A stretch of 64,000 nt of DNA from Deferrisomatales bacterium. Its GTDB lineage: Bacteria > Desulfobacterota > Deferrisomatia > Deferrisomatales > JACRMM01. Both the position numbers and the translations under genes were made by a program. Shown here piece after piece: positions 31,804 through 41,900 of the stretch. The stretch covers positions 11,189 to 75,188 of the forward strand of contig JAWSUI010000006.1 in assembly GCA_033551855.1 (NCBI GenBank). The letters run 5' to 3'. Position 1 is the first letter of the stretch, and every line of letters starts with the position of its first letter. The notes under the pieces were generated by a model that worked only from the letters and a program-made list of their open reading frames with translations, made no database searches and was not told where the DNA came from.

Positions 31804-31855
31804 GGCCCCGGAAGGAGGCGCCCGAACCTTCCGAGCCTTCCGAAGCCGCACGGCG

Positions 31856-32704
31856 CTACCCGTGCCACGAGAGGGCCCGCGAGCAATTCATGAGGACCAG
31901 CATCCCTGCCCCCAGCAGGACTCCCGCGATGATGTCGACGCCGTAGTGGAAGGAGCAGTACACGGCCGACGTGGAGAGGAGGACGAGCTGCACCAGGAGG
32001 AGCAGCTTGAGCCGCGGGAAGTGCGTCCCGCCCCAGAGCGCCACCAGCAGCGCGACCGCCACGTGGGAGCTCGGGAAGGCGGCGCCCGGGTTCTCTCCCT
32101 TCTCATAGATGAAATCCACGATCCTTTCGAACAGACCGCTCCCATGAAAAACCAATCCCCTCTCCGCAAGCGGCCCCTCCACGGGGAGAAAGACGTACAC
32201 GGCATAGCAGAGGTAGAAGAGCGCCGAGAGCTGGAAGACGAAGCGCTGGAAGAGCCCCGGGCCCTTGCGAAAGAGCAGGAGCGAGACGAAAACGATCGCG
32301 GGGTAGTAGCTCAAGTAGGCGAAGTGAAAGAGCTCGTCGGCAAAGGGTCCGCGGAGCGCTTGTTGGAGATAGACCGCGGGGAAGGCGCCGAACACGGCGA
32401 CGTCGGCCCGGAGGAAGATGGGGTCCAGGAACTCCGGGACGAGGATACGGTTGAGAAGCCCGGTCTGATAGTAGAGGAAGGTGTACAGCATCAGGGGATG
32501 CCACAGGGAAAGGAGGCGGTAGAACCGCTCCGTCGGCCGGGATCGGCGCATCCAGCCGGACCAGAGGACGATCGCGATCACACCGGCGTTGAACGCGGCG
32601 TGCGCGGGCGCAGCGGCCACTCGCCCCCAGGATGCGAGCACGAAGGCGAGCACGAACAGGTTGTAGCCGACGGTGAGGGCGTCGGTCGCGACGGCTAGAT
32701 CCAC
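31856..32704 (-). CDS. PAP2/Aur1-like integral membrane phosphatase or phosphotransferase
   Basis: Multiple TMs; FLPVEGP, AFPSSH, HYGVD motifs. Confidence 0.85.
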   Translation of the reverse strand: MDLAVATDALTVGYNLFVLAFVLASWGRVAAAPAHAAFNAGVIAIVLWSGWMRRSRPTERFYRLLSLWHPLMLYTFLYYQTGLLNRILVPEFLDPIFLRADVAVFGAFPAVYLQQALRGPFADELFHFAYLSYYPAIVFVSLLLFRKGPGLFQRFVFQLSALFYLCYAVYVFLPVEGPLAERGLVFHGSGLFERIVDFIYEKGENPGAAFPSSHVAVALLVALWGGTHFPRLKLLLLVQLVLLSTSAVYCSFHYGVDIIAGVLLGAGMLVLMNCSRALSWHG

Positions 32705-33675
32705 CCGTTCTCCCGGTACCAGCCGAAGGTGGCCCGAAAGCCGCTCTCCAGGTCGACACGAGGCGCGAAGCCGAGCTCCTCCCGGATCCTCTCGTTCGAG
32801 CAAACCCATCCCTCCTGAAGCGCCTCCCGCGCCTTTTGACTGTTCAGAAGAACCCCCTTTCGGGTGACGGCCGCGGCCAGATCGCCCACGAGCCCGGCGA
32901 GCCGCAGCGCCGCAGCAGGGATGGGCACGACGCGTGCGCGACCCGCGAGGTCCCGCAGAATGGCAACCACCTCGCCGCTCGTATGGCTCTCGCCGTCCGA
33001 AACGAAGTACACCCGACCATCGGAGCGCTCGGAGAAGGCTGCCAGGGTCAGCGCCTCCACCAGGTCGGCGACGTGGAGGAGGGAGAGCTCGAGGGTCCCG
33101 CCCCCGAGCAGCGGCACGAACCCCCGCGCCGCCGCGCGGAAGTAGGCATACACGTCTCGGTCGAAAGGCCCGTAGACCACCGCCGGACGCACGACGGCCC
33201 AGGCCACGGCGCCGCAGTGACGGCGCAGGAGTTCCTCGCCGAGGAGCTTGCTCTCGCCGTAGTGCGTGATGGGTCGCGCCGCCTCCTCCTCCCGGGCAGG
33301 GCGGGCCGCGCGGTGGGGTCCCGCTACCGCCAGGGAGCTCACGTAGACGATCTTCCTCACTCTCGAGCCCCGCGCCGCGGCCACCTCGGCGAGCCTGCCC
33401 GTCCCCTCCCCGTTGGTCTCCAGAAATGCGGCGCGCGTCCTTGCTTTCGTGAGGCCCGCGAGGTGGAATACGAGCTCCGACTTCCCGAGCACGGCGCGGT
33501 AGGAACCGGGGACGAGCAGATCCCCGGCCACGGGGGCGAGCCCGGGCCAATCCGCCATCCACCGCGCCTGCCCCGGCTCCCGGACGAGGCAGGAGACCCG
33601 GTGGCCGAGCTGCGACAGCCGCGAGACCAGGTTCCGGCCGATGAACCCGGCGCCGCCGGTGACGAAGATGTCCAT
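32695..33675 (-). CDS. NAD(P)-dependent extended SDR (epimerase/dehydratase family; candidate 3-keto reductase)
   Basis: TGGAGFIG, VSSLAV, YGESK catalytic YxxxK. Confidence 0.88.
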   Translation of the reverse strand: MDIFVTGGAGFIGRNLVSRLSQLGHRVSCLVREPGQARWMADWPGLAPVAGDLLVPGSYRAVLGKSELVFHLAGLTKARTRAAFLETNGEGTGRLAEVAAARGSRVRKIVYVSSLAVAGPHRAARPAREEEAARPITHYGESKLLGEELLRRHCGAVAWAVVRPAVVYGPFDRDVYAYFRAAARGFVPLLGGGTLELSLLHVADLVEALTLAAFSERSDGRVYFVSDGESHTSGEVVAILRDLAGRARVVPIPAAALRLAGLVGDLAAAVTRKGVLLNSQKAREALQEGWVCSNERIREELGFAPRVDLESGFRATFGWYRENGWI

Positions 33676-33684
33676 GGGTGACGT

Positions 33685-35037
33685 CTAGGTCTTCTCTGCT
33701 TCGTGGAACGCCCTGGAAAAGGGTTGCGGGTTCCGCAGGCCTTTGAAATAACGGCTGCGGGTCGACAGATTGACCCCGGCGTAGGCCTTGCAACCCAGCA
33801 AGGTCCGCCTCCACGGGGTCATGCCCAGGAACCGCTTGGCCATGGCACCCCAGGAATAGGTCTGTTTGTTCAAGTCGATGAATCCGGAAACCAGATCGTC
33901 CACGGTCATGCCCCTCGGACGAAAGAGAACGGTGTCCGGGGGGTATCCGTGGAGCCACCAGTCTTTGGAAAACAATCTGTCTTCCTCCAAGAGACGACGG
34001 TAGAGCCGGGTTCCAGGATAGGGGGTCAGAATTCGAAGCTGGACCACGTCCATGTGCGACTTCATGATGAACTCGAAGGTCCTGTCAAATACATCCTTGT
34101 TCTCGTAGTCGAACCCGAACACGAACGAGCCGAGTATGCCGAAGCCCTCCCCGTGAAATCGGCGCATCGCCTCGTAGAAGTCGATCTTCAAGTTGCGTAT
34201 CTTCCGCACCTCATCCTGGGTCGTCTTCTGTACCGACTCGAAGCCGACCAGGAGTCCCAGGCACCCGGAACGCTTCATCAAGCCGAGCAGTTCGAGATCC
34301 TCGGCCAACGACGCGGTTCCCTGCGCCAGCCACCGCCGCCGCAGCGGGATCATCTCCGTAAAGAGCTCCTTCGCGGCATTCCGGTTCAATCCAAGAGCAT
34401 CGTCCACGAAGAAGAGGTGGGGGGATTCCATGGACTGAATTTCCGCAATCGCCTCTTGTGTCGATCGGAGTCGATACTGGCTTCCCAGGGTCTGCCCGAT
34501 GCAGCAAAACTCGCAGTCATTCGGGCACCCCCTCGATGTTTCGACTCCCACCGGTACGGGAACACCTCCCTGACGTCTTGGCTTTGGCAGTAGGTCCCTC
34601 CGCGGTGTCGGCAGGCTCTGCAAACTGGTCATTTCGCCGGACCGATAGAGCTTCCGCATGCGGCCGGCCGCCGCATCCGCCACGAGATGTGCCCAGACAC
34701 CCTCCGCCTCACCGACGACGACAGCGTCTGCATGCGCCAAGGCCTCATCAGGCAGAACCGTGGGGTGTATGCCTCCCATCACCACCTTCACGCCCTTCGC
34801 GCGATAGTCGTCCCCGATCCGGTAGGCTCTGAGGGCGAGCTCGGTCAGGACGGTGATGCCGACCAAGTCCACCTCTTGATCCATGTCGTCGGGTGAAAAC
34901 GCTTCTTCCACGATCGTTATCGTGTGACCGGGCGGCGTAAGGGCCGCCAGGAGAGGAAGATTCACCCTCTGTAGCTGGAAGGGGCTGGAAATGGCGTCCT
35001 CACGGTGTTCATGTGGGGCGATCAGTTTGATCTTCAA
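33685..35037 (-). CDS. B12-binding domain radical SAM enzyme
   Basis: VMGGIHPT B12-binding region; SRGCPNDCEFC CxxxCxxC; TTG start after GGAGGAG. Confidence 0.9.
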   Translation of the reverse strand: MKIKLIAPHEHREDAISSPFQLQRVNLPLLAALTPPGHTITIVEEAFSPDDMDQEVDLVGITVLTELALRAYRIGDDYRAKGVKVVMGGIHPTVLPDEALAHADAVVVGEAEGVWAHLVADAAAGRMRKLYRSGEMTSLQSLPTPRRDLLPKPRRQGGVPVPVGVETSRGCPNDCEFCCIGQTLGSQYRLRSTQEAIAEIQSMESPHLFFVDDALGLNRNAAKELFTEMIPLRRRWLAQGTASLAEDLELLGLMKRSGCLGLLVGFESVQKTTQDEVRKIRNLKIDFYEAMRRFHGEGFGILGSFVFGFDYENKDVFDRTFEFIMKSHMDVVQLRILTPYPGTRLYRRLLEEDRLFSKDWWLHGYPPDTVLFRPRGMTVDDLVSGFIDLNKQTYSWGAMAKRFLGMTPWRRTLLGCKAYAGVNLSTRSRYFKGLRNPQPFSRAFHEAEKT

Positions 35038-35041
35038 AGAC

Positions 35042-36151
35042 TCACTCCTCCCATCGGGTGGCGATGATGCCCAGGATGAAGATTGCGCCCGCAAAGGCTC
35101 CGATGACCGCGGCGTCACGCAGCGCCGCCATGTTGTCCTCATATACCATCGATGCTCGCAGTCCCTCGTTCACGTAATACAGGGGCAGGAATTTCGCGAG
35201 CGTCGGGAGGAAGCCCGGCATCAGGTCGATGGGGAAGAAGCTCCCCGAGAGGAACATCATGGGAAAACTGATGGCGTTCGCCGCGGCAGCGGCGCTCTGC
35301 GCCTCCTTGACGAAACGGGTGAGGATCATGCCGATCCCGACGAACGCGAAGACGTTGAGCAAGACGAACCCAGGAAGCCAGGCGTTGATCCGCAGGTGGA
35401 CAGGAAACACGGCGTAGCTCACCAGCAGCATCGCCGTCGTGGAGAGGAGGGCGAGGAAGAAGTGGTAGAGGATGTCCGAAAGCAGCCACTCGCTGCGGGT
35501 GATGGGCGTCGTGCAGAGCTTGCGGATGATGCCCTTCTGTCGCAGTTCCGTGTTCAGATACACCGTGCCGAACAGGCTCAGGGTCATCACCGTCATCGCA
35601 ATGATGCCGGGAATGAAGAACTCCATGAACTGGTACTTCTTGGTGAGGATCGACTGCTCCACCGACTGGATGAAAGGCGGAGTCCCGGAGATTTCCAGGT
35701 TTGCTGCGGCCAGCAACCCGTTCAGTATCTTCATCTTCGTGGATACGGAGGGGGAGCCGGGATCGTATATGTAAGTGATCGCGACGGGTGCTTCAAAGTC
35801 TTTACTTTCCATCCTCTGCGTGAGGAGCACTTCGAAACCCTTCGGAATCACGAGGACGAGGTCGATCTTGTGGTCCGTGAGGTACTGCGCCGCGTCGACG
35901 GCCGGGTCGATCGTCGTGGTCTGGAACGTCCCCTTCTTGCCCAGGACCTCGATGGACTCTGCGGACGCCTTCGACTGGTCGAGGTCCTGCACGTAGAGGC
36001 GGAAGCTCACGTCGTCCTGGCCCGCGAAGATGGTGCCGAACACGAGGATCAGGATGATCGGGAACGCCGCCGTGTAGAGCAGGGTGGTCTTCTCGCGGTA
36101 GACGCTCATCAGTTTCACGTAGAGCGTTGCGCCGACGGCGCCCGGGTTCAT
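35042..36151 (-). CDS. ABC-2 type transporter permease
   Basis: N-terminal TM, periplasmic loop, FFIPGIIAM, FLSGSFFPI...LPLYY. Confidence 0.9.
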   Translation of the reverse strand: MNPGAVGATLYVKLMSVYREKTTLLYTAAFPIILILVFGTIFAGQDDVSFRLYVQDLDQSKASAESIEVLGKKGTFQTTTIDPAVDAAQYLTDHKIDLVLVIPKGFEVLLTQRMESKDFEAPVAITYIYDPGSPSVSTKMKILNGLLAAANLEISGTPPFIQSVEQSILTKKYQFMEFFIPGIIAMTVMTLSLFGTVYLNTELRQKGIIRKLCTTPITRSEWLLSDILYHFFLALLSTTAMLLVSYAVFPVHLRINAWLPGFVLLNVFAFVGIGMILTRFVKEAQSAAAAANAISFPMMFLSGSFFPIDLMPGFLPTLAKFLPLYYVNEGLRASMVYEDNMAALRDAAVIGAFAGAIFILGIIATRWEE

Positions 36152-37110
36152 GCCGACCCCTCTTCCCCGACGCGGCGGTTGTGGAGCGTCTCTCCCGTGA
36201 GCTTCAGGAAGACCTCCTCGAGGTTTGGCTTTCGAACGTCCAAGCCAAGATACGACGCGCCGGCACCCTTCAGTGCTGCCAGAATCTGCTGCACGTCTTC
36301 CATGTGTTGGACCCTGACCTTGAGCCTATGGGTGTTGTCTGGAATCGGCTCGAAGCTGAGATCTCGCACGACGGCGCCGGCCCTCTCGTCCGTCGCTTGC
36401 AGGGTGAGGATCAGGTAGTTCGCATTAGCTTCGATGAGCTCCGCTGGAGAGCCCCTGGCAATGATCGTGCCGTTCGAGAGGATCGCCACCGTGTCCGCCA
36501 GGCTCTCCGCTTCCTCCATATAGTGCGTGGTGAGAAATACCGTTTTCCCCTTCTTCTTCAGGCCGAGCAGGACCTCCCACACGTCGCGCCTGGAGCGGGG
36601 GTCGAGCCCCGCGGTCGGCTCGTCGAGAAACACGACCTCGGGATCGTTCACGAGCGCGATGGCGATGCCGAGGCGCTGCTGCAAGCCGCCGGAGAGGTTC
36701 TTGTACTGTTCCTTGCTCTTGTGTCCGAGGTTCACCAGCGCGATCAGCCCGTCCACGTCGCCGTCGCCGCGCCGGAAGAGCCGCGAGTAGTACTGGACGG
36801 TCTCCCGGACCGTGAGCAGGTCGAACGACGTGAACCCCTGGGGGAGGACGCCGATGCGGGGGACGATGTCGTGCTTCCTCGAGACGTCCAGGCCCAGAAC
36901 GCGCACGCTCCCCGACGTGGGCCTGCGGATCGTGTCGAGGATCTCGACGGTCGTGGTCTTTCCTGCGCCATTCGGGCCCAGCAGGGCGAATACCTCGCCC
37001 TTCCTGACGGCGAACGAGACGTCGTTGACCGCTCGCAAGGCGCCGTAACGCTTCGTCAGTCTTTCGACTTCGATGGCGTTTTCCGTTTCTCGCACCCGGA
37101 ACGAGCTCAT
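36148..37110 (-). CDS. ABC transporter ATP-binding protein (ABC-2 exporter)
   Basis: GPNGAGKTT, LSGG, FLDEPTAGLD, TTHYMEE. Confidence 0.95.
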   Translation of the reverse strand: MSSFRVRETENAIEVERLTKRYGALRAVNDVSFAVRKGEVFALLGPNGAGKTTTVEILDTIRRPTSGSVRVLGLDVSRKHDIVPRIGVLPQGFTSFDLLTVRETVQYYSRLFRRGDGDVDGLIALVNLGHKSKEQYKNLSGGLQQRLGIAIALVNDPEVVFLDEPTAGLDPRSRRDVWEVLLGLKKKGKTVFLTTHYMEEAESLADTVAILSNGTIIARGSPAELIEANANYLILTLQATDERAGAVVRDLSFEPIPDNTHRLKVRVQHMEDVQQILAALKGAGASYLGLDVRKPNLEEVFLKLTGETLHNRRVGEEGSA

Positions 37111-38243
37111 TTCGAGGCTGCGTCGGGGGAGACGGGGGGACCGAGCCCGAGGGTTCGGAACATCTTCTCGACGACCGCCGGCTGTTCGAAGAGAAAACGG
37201 TCGAGCCCCGGCCGGCGGTGCTTGAGCAGGAGAAAGCTGGGGACGGGCTTGGCGCCCAGGTGCGCTTTGGTGTTCTGGGCGCCCTGGCCTGCATGGTAGA
37301 GGGGAATCTTGTGCTCTACGCAGTAGCGGATGTTCTCGAGCCAGGACAGGAAGTAGAGGTTGTGCTGCCGGCCGGCCGCATAGTCCATGCAGAAGTACTT
37401 ATCCACAAGCATTTCTTCCCTTGCAACGAGCAGATTGAAGGCGGCAAGCTCTTCCTGTACGAAATAGAGAGCGTACTCGGCCCCCGGAACCCTTTCACAG
37501 ATCTTCTCGAAGAACAGGCGGTTGAGCAGACCCGCTGCCATCGGGACGCGCTCCACCGTTGCCAGATAGAGTCCGTAGATTCTGTCGAGATATGGAGAAA
37601 TATCGCGGTTTCGCGTTACCGTGACCTCGGAAGAGGCGCGCATTTTGCGGCGAAGGTCTTTTCTGGCAGCGCTCGAAAGGAGTCCAAAGTAGTCCTCCAT
37701 GCTGTCGAAAGGAATCGGCAATTTGCCGCCGGGCACCCAGGGTAGTCGGTGGAACCCGCGCAACCCTTCCCCTGAGAGCTCGACCGTATGATTGAAGTTG
37801 TAGAACGTCACGAGGTCGCTCTTTCGTTCAGTGGCGAGCATTTGCAGCGAATCGAGCGCCAGTCTCCATGCCGCTGCGAGGGTTGTTGCATCCAAGGGAC
37901 GGGCAATTCCGATTTCGCTCCATCCCCCTTCCAGCAACCCAACGCCCAACACTCGCGGATGGAAGACCGAGGGAAAGAGTCGGACCGCCCCTCGGAGCGA
38001 CCTGCGCAGCCACCCCCCCGCGAGGGTGGATACATCGAGGCGGCACTCGAACAAGGGCAACAAGAGGATCGGGGCATCCCCCTGGAACACCACGATGCTC
38101 CGCAGGTGAAAACCGGGGACACCCGATTCTTGCAGGAGGGACAGGAGGGGGGCCGTGCTGGAAGGCGGCGGGAAGAGGCGCTCCAGCTCCTGCGCCGACA
38201 CCCCGTCCAACCGGGGCACGCACGTGCACGTGAGGTCGTTCAT
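37107..38243 (-). CDS. GNAT protein, BioF2-like/FemAB-like acetyltransferase type
   Basis: C-terminal 378 aa of ORF 37107..39416; SMEDYFGLLSSAARKDLRRK...NLYFLSW...YHAGQGAQNTKAHLGA. Confidence 0.75.
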   Translation of the reverse strand: MNDLTCTCVPRLDGVSAQELERLFPPPSSTAPLLSLLQESGVPGFHLRSIVVFQGDAPILLLPLFECRLDVSTLAGGWLRRSLRGAVRLFPSVFHPRVLGVGLLEGGWSEIGIARPLDATTLAAAWRLALDSLQMLATERKSDLVTFYNFNHTVELSGEGLRGFHRLPWVPGGKLPIPFDSMEDYFGLLSSAARKDLRRKMRASSEVTVTRNRDISPYLDRIYGLYLATVERVPMAAGLLNRLFFEKICERVPGAEYALYFVQEELAAFNLLVAREEMLVDKYFCMDYAAGRQHNLYFLSWLENIRYCVEHKIPLYHAGQGAQNTKAHLGAKPVPSFLLLKHRRPGLDRFLFEQPAVVEKMFRTLGLGPPVSPDAASK

Positions 38244-38995
38244 GCTTGCCGCAGCAAGAGGGCGAGGGAGAGCCACGTATTCCCCTTCGGGAACGCCCGT
38301 ACCGTTAGGGGCCGCTCGGCGGCCCGCGGGAGCCGACGGAGGGCCTTGCCGGACAGGTCGACGGGAAAAGCGTGCCCGGCGTCGTCTCCCACCCCCGGGG
38401 CAATGGTGATGTGCAGGGGATCCGCACCATGGAATCCGCACCCCAAGGCCTTGACGACGGCTTCCTTGATCGACCAGAGGAGCGCTGCGGCCCTTCCCAG
38501 GTCCCCACCCGCCGACCGCAAGGCATGGTGCAGCTCTTCGTCGTGGAAGACCCGGCGAAAGGGGTAGGTTCCGGGGAACTCGTCGCTTCCCGCGACGTCG
38601 ATGCCGACCTCGGCCCCTTCTGCGCAGAGAGCGGCCCAGAGCGAACCTGCGCCCTCGCTGAAGGAGATGCTCGAACCGTGCCCCTCTCCCGCCAGGAGAT
38701 GGGGCCTGCCCAGCGCGTCGTGCACGAGCTGAATCCCGGAAGGGTCGTCCCGGGAGGACCGGGCGCGCGGCTCCGGAGGATTCTCCCGCCCCCAAAGATG
38801 GGCCCAGAGGATGGTGGCGAGGCGGCGCTGGGCTTCCGCACGGCGGGTGGGTGGGGCGGTGGAACCGGGAGAGCCGGAGGAGTCCCCTGGCGCCGAGGCA
38901 AAGAAGACGGCGCCCGCCCCGGGAGCGAGCCGCACGGATCGAACCACGATCTCCTGGCGGACTGGTGCCGCGGCCTCCCGTTCGAACGGCGTCAA
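38240..38995 (-). CDS. 4'-phosphopantetheinyl transferase (Sfp-type)
   Basis: HDALGRP, SISFS, VGIDV, LWSIKEAVVKALG; TTG start overlaps PKS stop. Confidence 0.88.
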   Translation of the reverse strand: MTPFEREAAAPVRQEIVVRSVRLAPGAGAVFFASAPGDSSGSPGSTAPPTRRAEAQRRLATILWAHLWGRENPPEPRARSSRDDPSGIQLVHDALGRPHLLAGEGHGSSISFSEGAGSLWAALCAEGAEVGIDVAGSDEFPGTYPFRRVFHDEELHHALRSAGGDLGRAAALLWSIKEAVVKALGCGFHGADPLHITIAPGVGDDAGHAFPVDLSGKALRRLPRAAERPLTVRAFPKGNTWLSLALLLRQA

Positions 38996-41900
38996 GGCGA
39001 AGCCCGTTGCAGGCGCAGGGTTCGAACCTGCATGAGCGTGTGCCCCTGGGCATCGACCCCCCGGGCATCCCAGGTGAGGGAGTCCTCGGCCGGCGCCCGC
39101 AGACGTGCCTCCAGGGTGATCGGCTCGCCCGGCCGGCACAGGCGCGGGAAGCGCATCTCTCCGATCCCCACGGGCAGCATCGAGCGCCGATCCTGTGGGT
39201 CCATGGCCGGCCCGTGGAAGCCGGCCAACTGCATGAGGGCCTCGAGCAGGTACGGAGAGTATTGGTAGCAGGCGGCTGGCAGTTGCGCGAAATCGCCGGT
39301 CTCCCGGTAGACGGTTCGGCCCCGCACCGTCCTTGGACCGGCGCCGTCCAGCACCTCCAGCACACGATACCTGCCTTGGAGCCCGGTGCGGCGCTCGTAC
39401 CACTGGAGCAGCTCACCGTGGGGGACGGGCGGAGTCCGCAGCTCTTCCGGGCGGACGGGAAAATCCTGGAGCCACTCGGCGAGCTCCGCAGGCCCGCCGC
39501 CGAGGACCACCTGGCCCGTGCAGTACGGGGTGAAGCGCTCGTCCAACCGCCGCGTGGGCAACCGCCCCGTGGGGGAGAGCTCTTGTGCGGACAGGGAGAC
39601 CTCGCACACGACCGCTCCAGGTTCGGCGCCCACGCGGCGGCAGGAGATGCGGGCCGGCCGGGACACCCCGGCGGGGCAGGAGATCGTGTCCAGGAAGCGC
39701 ACCTGGCGCACGCCCCGCACCGGGAGGTGGGGATAGAGGATGCGGGCGGCTTCCAGGAAGGTCTCGACCATCATGGCGGCGGAAACCAGGGGATGCGCGA
39801 GAGACTTCAGCGGCCGGTGATCCGCGAGCCAGAGGTCGTGCGCGTCGAAAAAGGTTCTGGTGGCCTCCAGGTGTCCCCGGCGGAGGTCCAGGCGGGAGAT
39901 GCCGTCGATCAGGGGGAAGTCCCGGTCGCTCAAGGCCACGGGTCCGCCGTCGAGCCGCCCGCGCAGGGGAGGCCGGCCGAAATCGCCCAGCGGCGCCGCC
40001 TTCACGGCCGGCAGGGCCCGCAAGAACAGGACCCGAACGTCCTCGGCCGGGGCGACGAAGAGCTCCCGGCAGAACAGGGCGACGAGCTCCTGGACGTGGA
40101 TGTACGCGACGCCTCGGCGCCGGAGCGCGTGCCGGACCTCCGGGTCCTCGGCCATGCCCGTTCCCTCGATCGGGGGCAGCATCAACGCCTTGAAGTGGAT
40201 GGCGGGGTTCTTGGCGCGCAGGTAGGGGAGCAGTGCCGACATCATGCGGTTGGCGGCAGCGTAGTTTGTCTGGCCGGGGTTTCCCTGGATCGCCGCCACG
40301 GAGGAGAGGCCCACGAAGAACCGCAAGCCCGCCCCCGCCGCCGCCGTGAACAGATTCCAGGCGCCCAGGAACTTGACGTCTGCGACGAGGGAGAGCTCCT
40401 CCGGGGTCAGGTCGGCGAGGAGGCCGTCCCGGAGGACGCCGGCGCCGTGGATGATGCCGTCGATCCGGCCGAAGCGTTCCACCACCTCGCCCAGGGCAGC
40501 GCGAACCGCCTCGGGATCGGTGACGTCGCAGGTCAGGTAGGTGGCCTCGATCCCGGAGGCCCGCAAGTCTGCCAGGGTCTGGGCGATCTCCCGGGCGTGG
40601 GAACCCTCGGGGGCCGATGGAGGAGACGAAGACCCGGGGCGACTCTCCAGGGGACGGGGGCCCGGCCCCGGCCCCGGGGGTGTCCTGCCCAGAAGGACCA
40701 GGCGGGGCGCGAAGGGCGCCAGCCCGCGTGCCAGGCGAGCGCCGATCCCCGAGGCGCCGCCGGACAGGATGACCACGTCGCCCGGGCTCAACTCCAGACT
40801 CGGCGCACCGCCGAAGACCGCGGGGACCGCCTGGGCCCGCGAGGTGAGGAGCCCGCCCTCCCGATGGACCAGCTCCACCGCCGGGCAGCCCCGGTCCAGG
40901 GCGGCGCGCAGCGCCGGGGGCAGATCGGTGTCCCGATCGACTTCCAGCGTGCGAAACTGGGTCGAGGGCTGTTCCTGGGCGGCGCTCAGAAACAGTCCGA
41001 GCAAGCCCTCCGCCAGCAGCCGACCCGGCGTGTCGGGCTCCTCTCGGGTATCATGGATCAGCACGACGAACTTGCGGGCCGGCGGCTGGAGGAAGGCCTG
41101 GACGAGCTGGAAGAGCCCCGCGAGCAGCCGCGCAACCTCGGCCATGTCGGCCAACCCTTGCGGCCGGCCTCGAGGCAGGGTGATGACCAGGCCCGCGCGG
41201 GAGGCGAGGCCCGCGATGCGCTCCGAGAGCCGGGCGACGCCCGCGGCGGTCCGCAGGTCGGGCCCCTCTTCGCCCGGCCCCCCGTGCTCCGGCAGGTAGG
41301 GCAGGGGAACCGTCTCGACGCCGGTGCCCTTGCGGAGGAGCTCGTCCGCGCTCCTGGCCAGCGCGTCCTCCCGATCCGGCGAGAGGAGTACGACGGCATC
41401 GCCGGGGCTCAGGGCCAGGGGTGCCGAAGCGGCCGGCTCCACGGGGGCGAGAGTGAAGACGCAGCGCTTCAAACAGGCGTCCTCCACCCCGTTTGCCCGA
41501 TCCCCCTCTTCCGGCCCCGGCTCCGGCACCGCGCCCGGAGCCGCACCGGGGTCGGCCGCCCGGGCTGCGGGCCCCTCCCCGGGGCCACCTTGGCGGCCGA
41601 TGATCTCGGAGATCCTGTCGGCAATGTCCTGCACCGTGCGGACCTCGATGAAGTCCTCCAACTCGATGGTGATCCCGAACAGGCGTTCCGCGGCATCCAT
41701 GATGATGGGCAGACGGCTGGAGCGGATGGAGAGGTCCCTGCGGAGATCCATCTCGGGCTGGATTTCCTCCCGGGTGTATCCCGTCGCATCCATGATGATG
41801 CGAATGAGCCTCTCCATGAGGCCCTGCGCCTCCGGTGCCTCGGCGGGGAGAGGGGCCGCCGGCTCCGGAATCGCCGGCGCCACGTCGAGAGGCGGGGCTG

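Noticed and set aside
37107..39416. 769-aa GNAT fusion as given in the ORF track
   Set aside because: The N-terminal half overlaps the PKS and PPTase in other frames; the real start is likely the ATG at 38243
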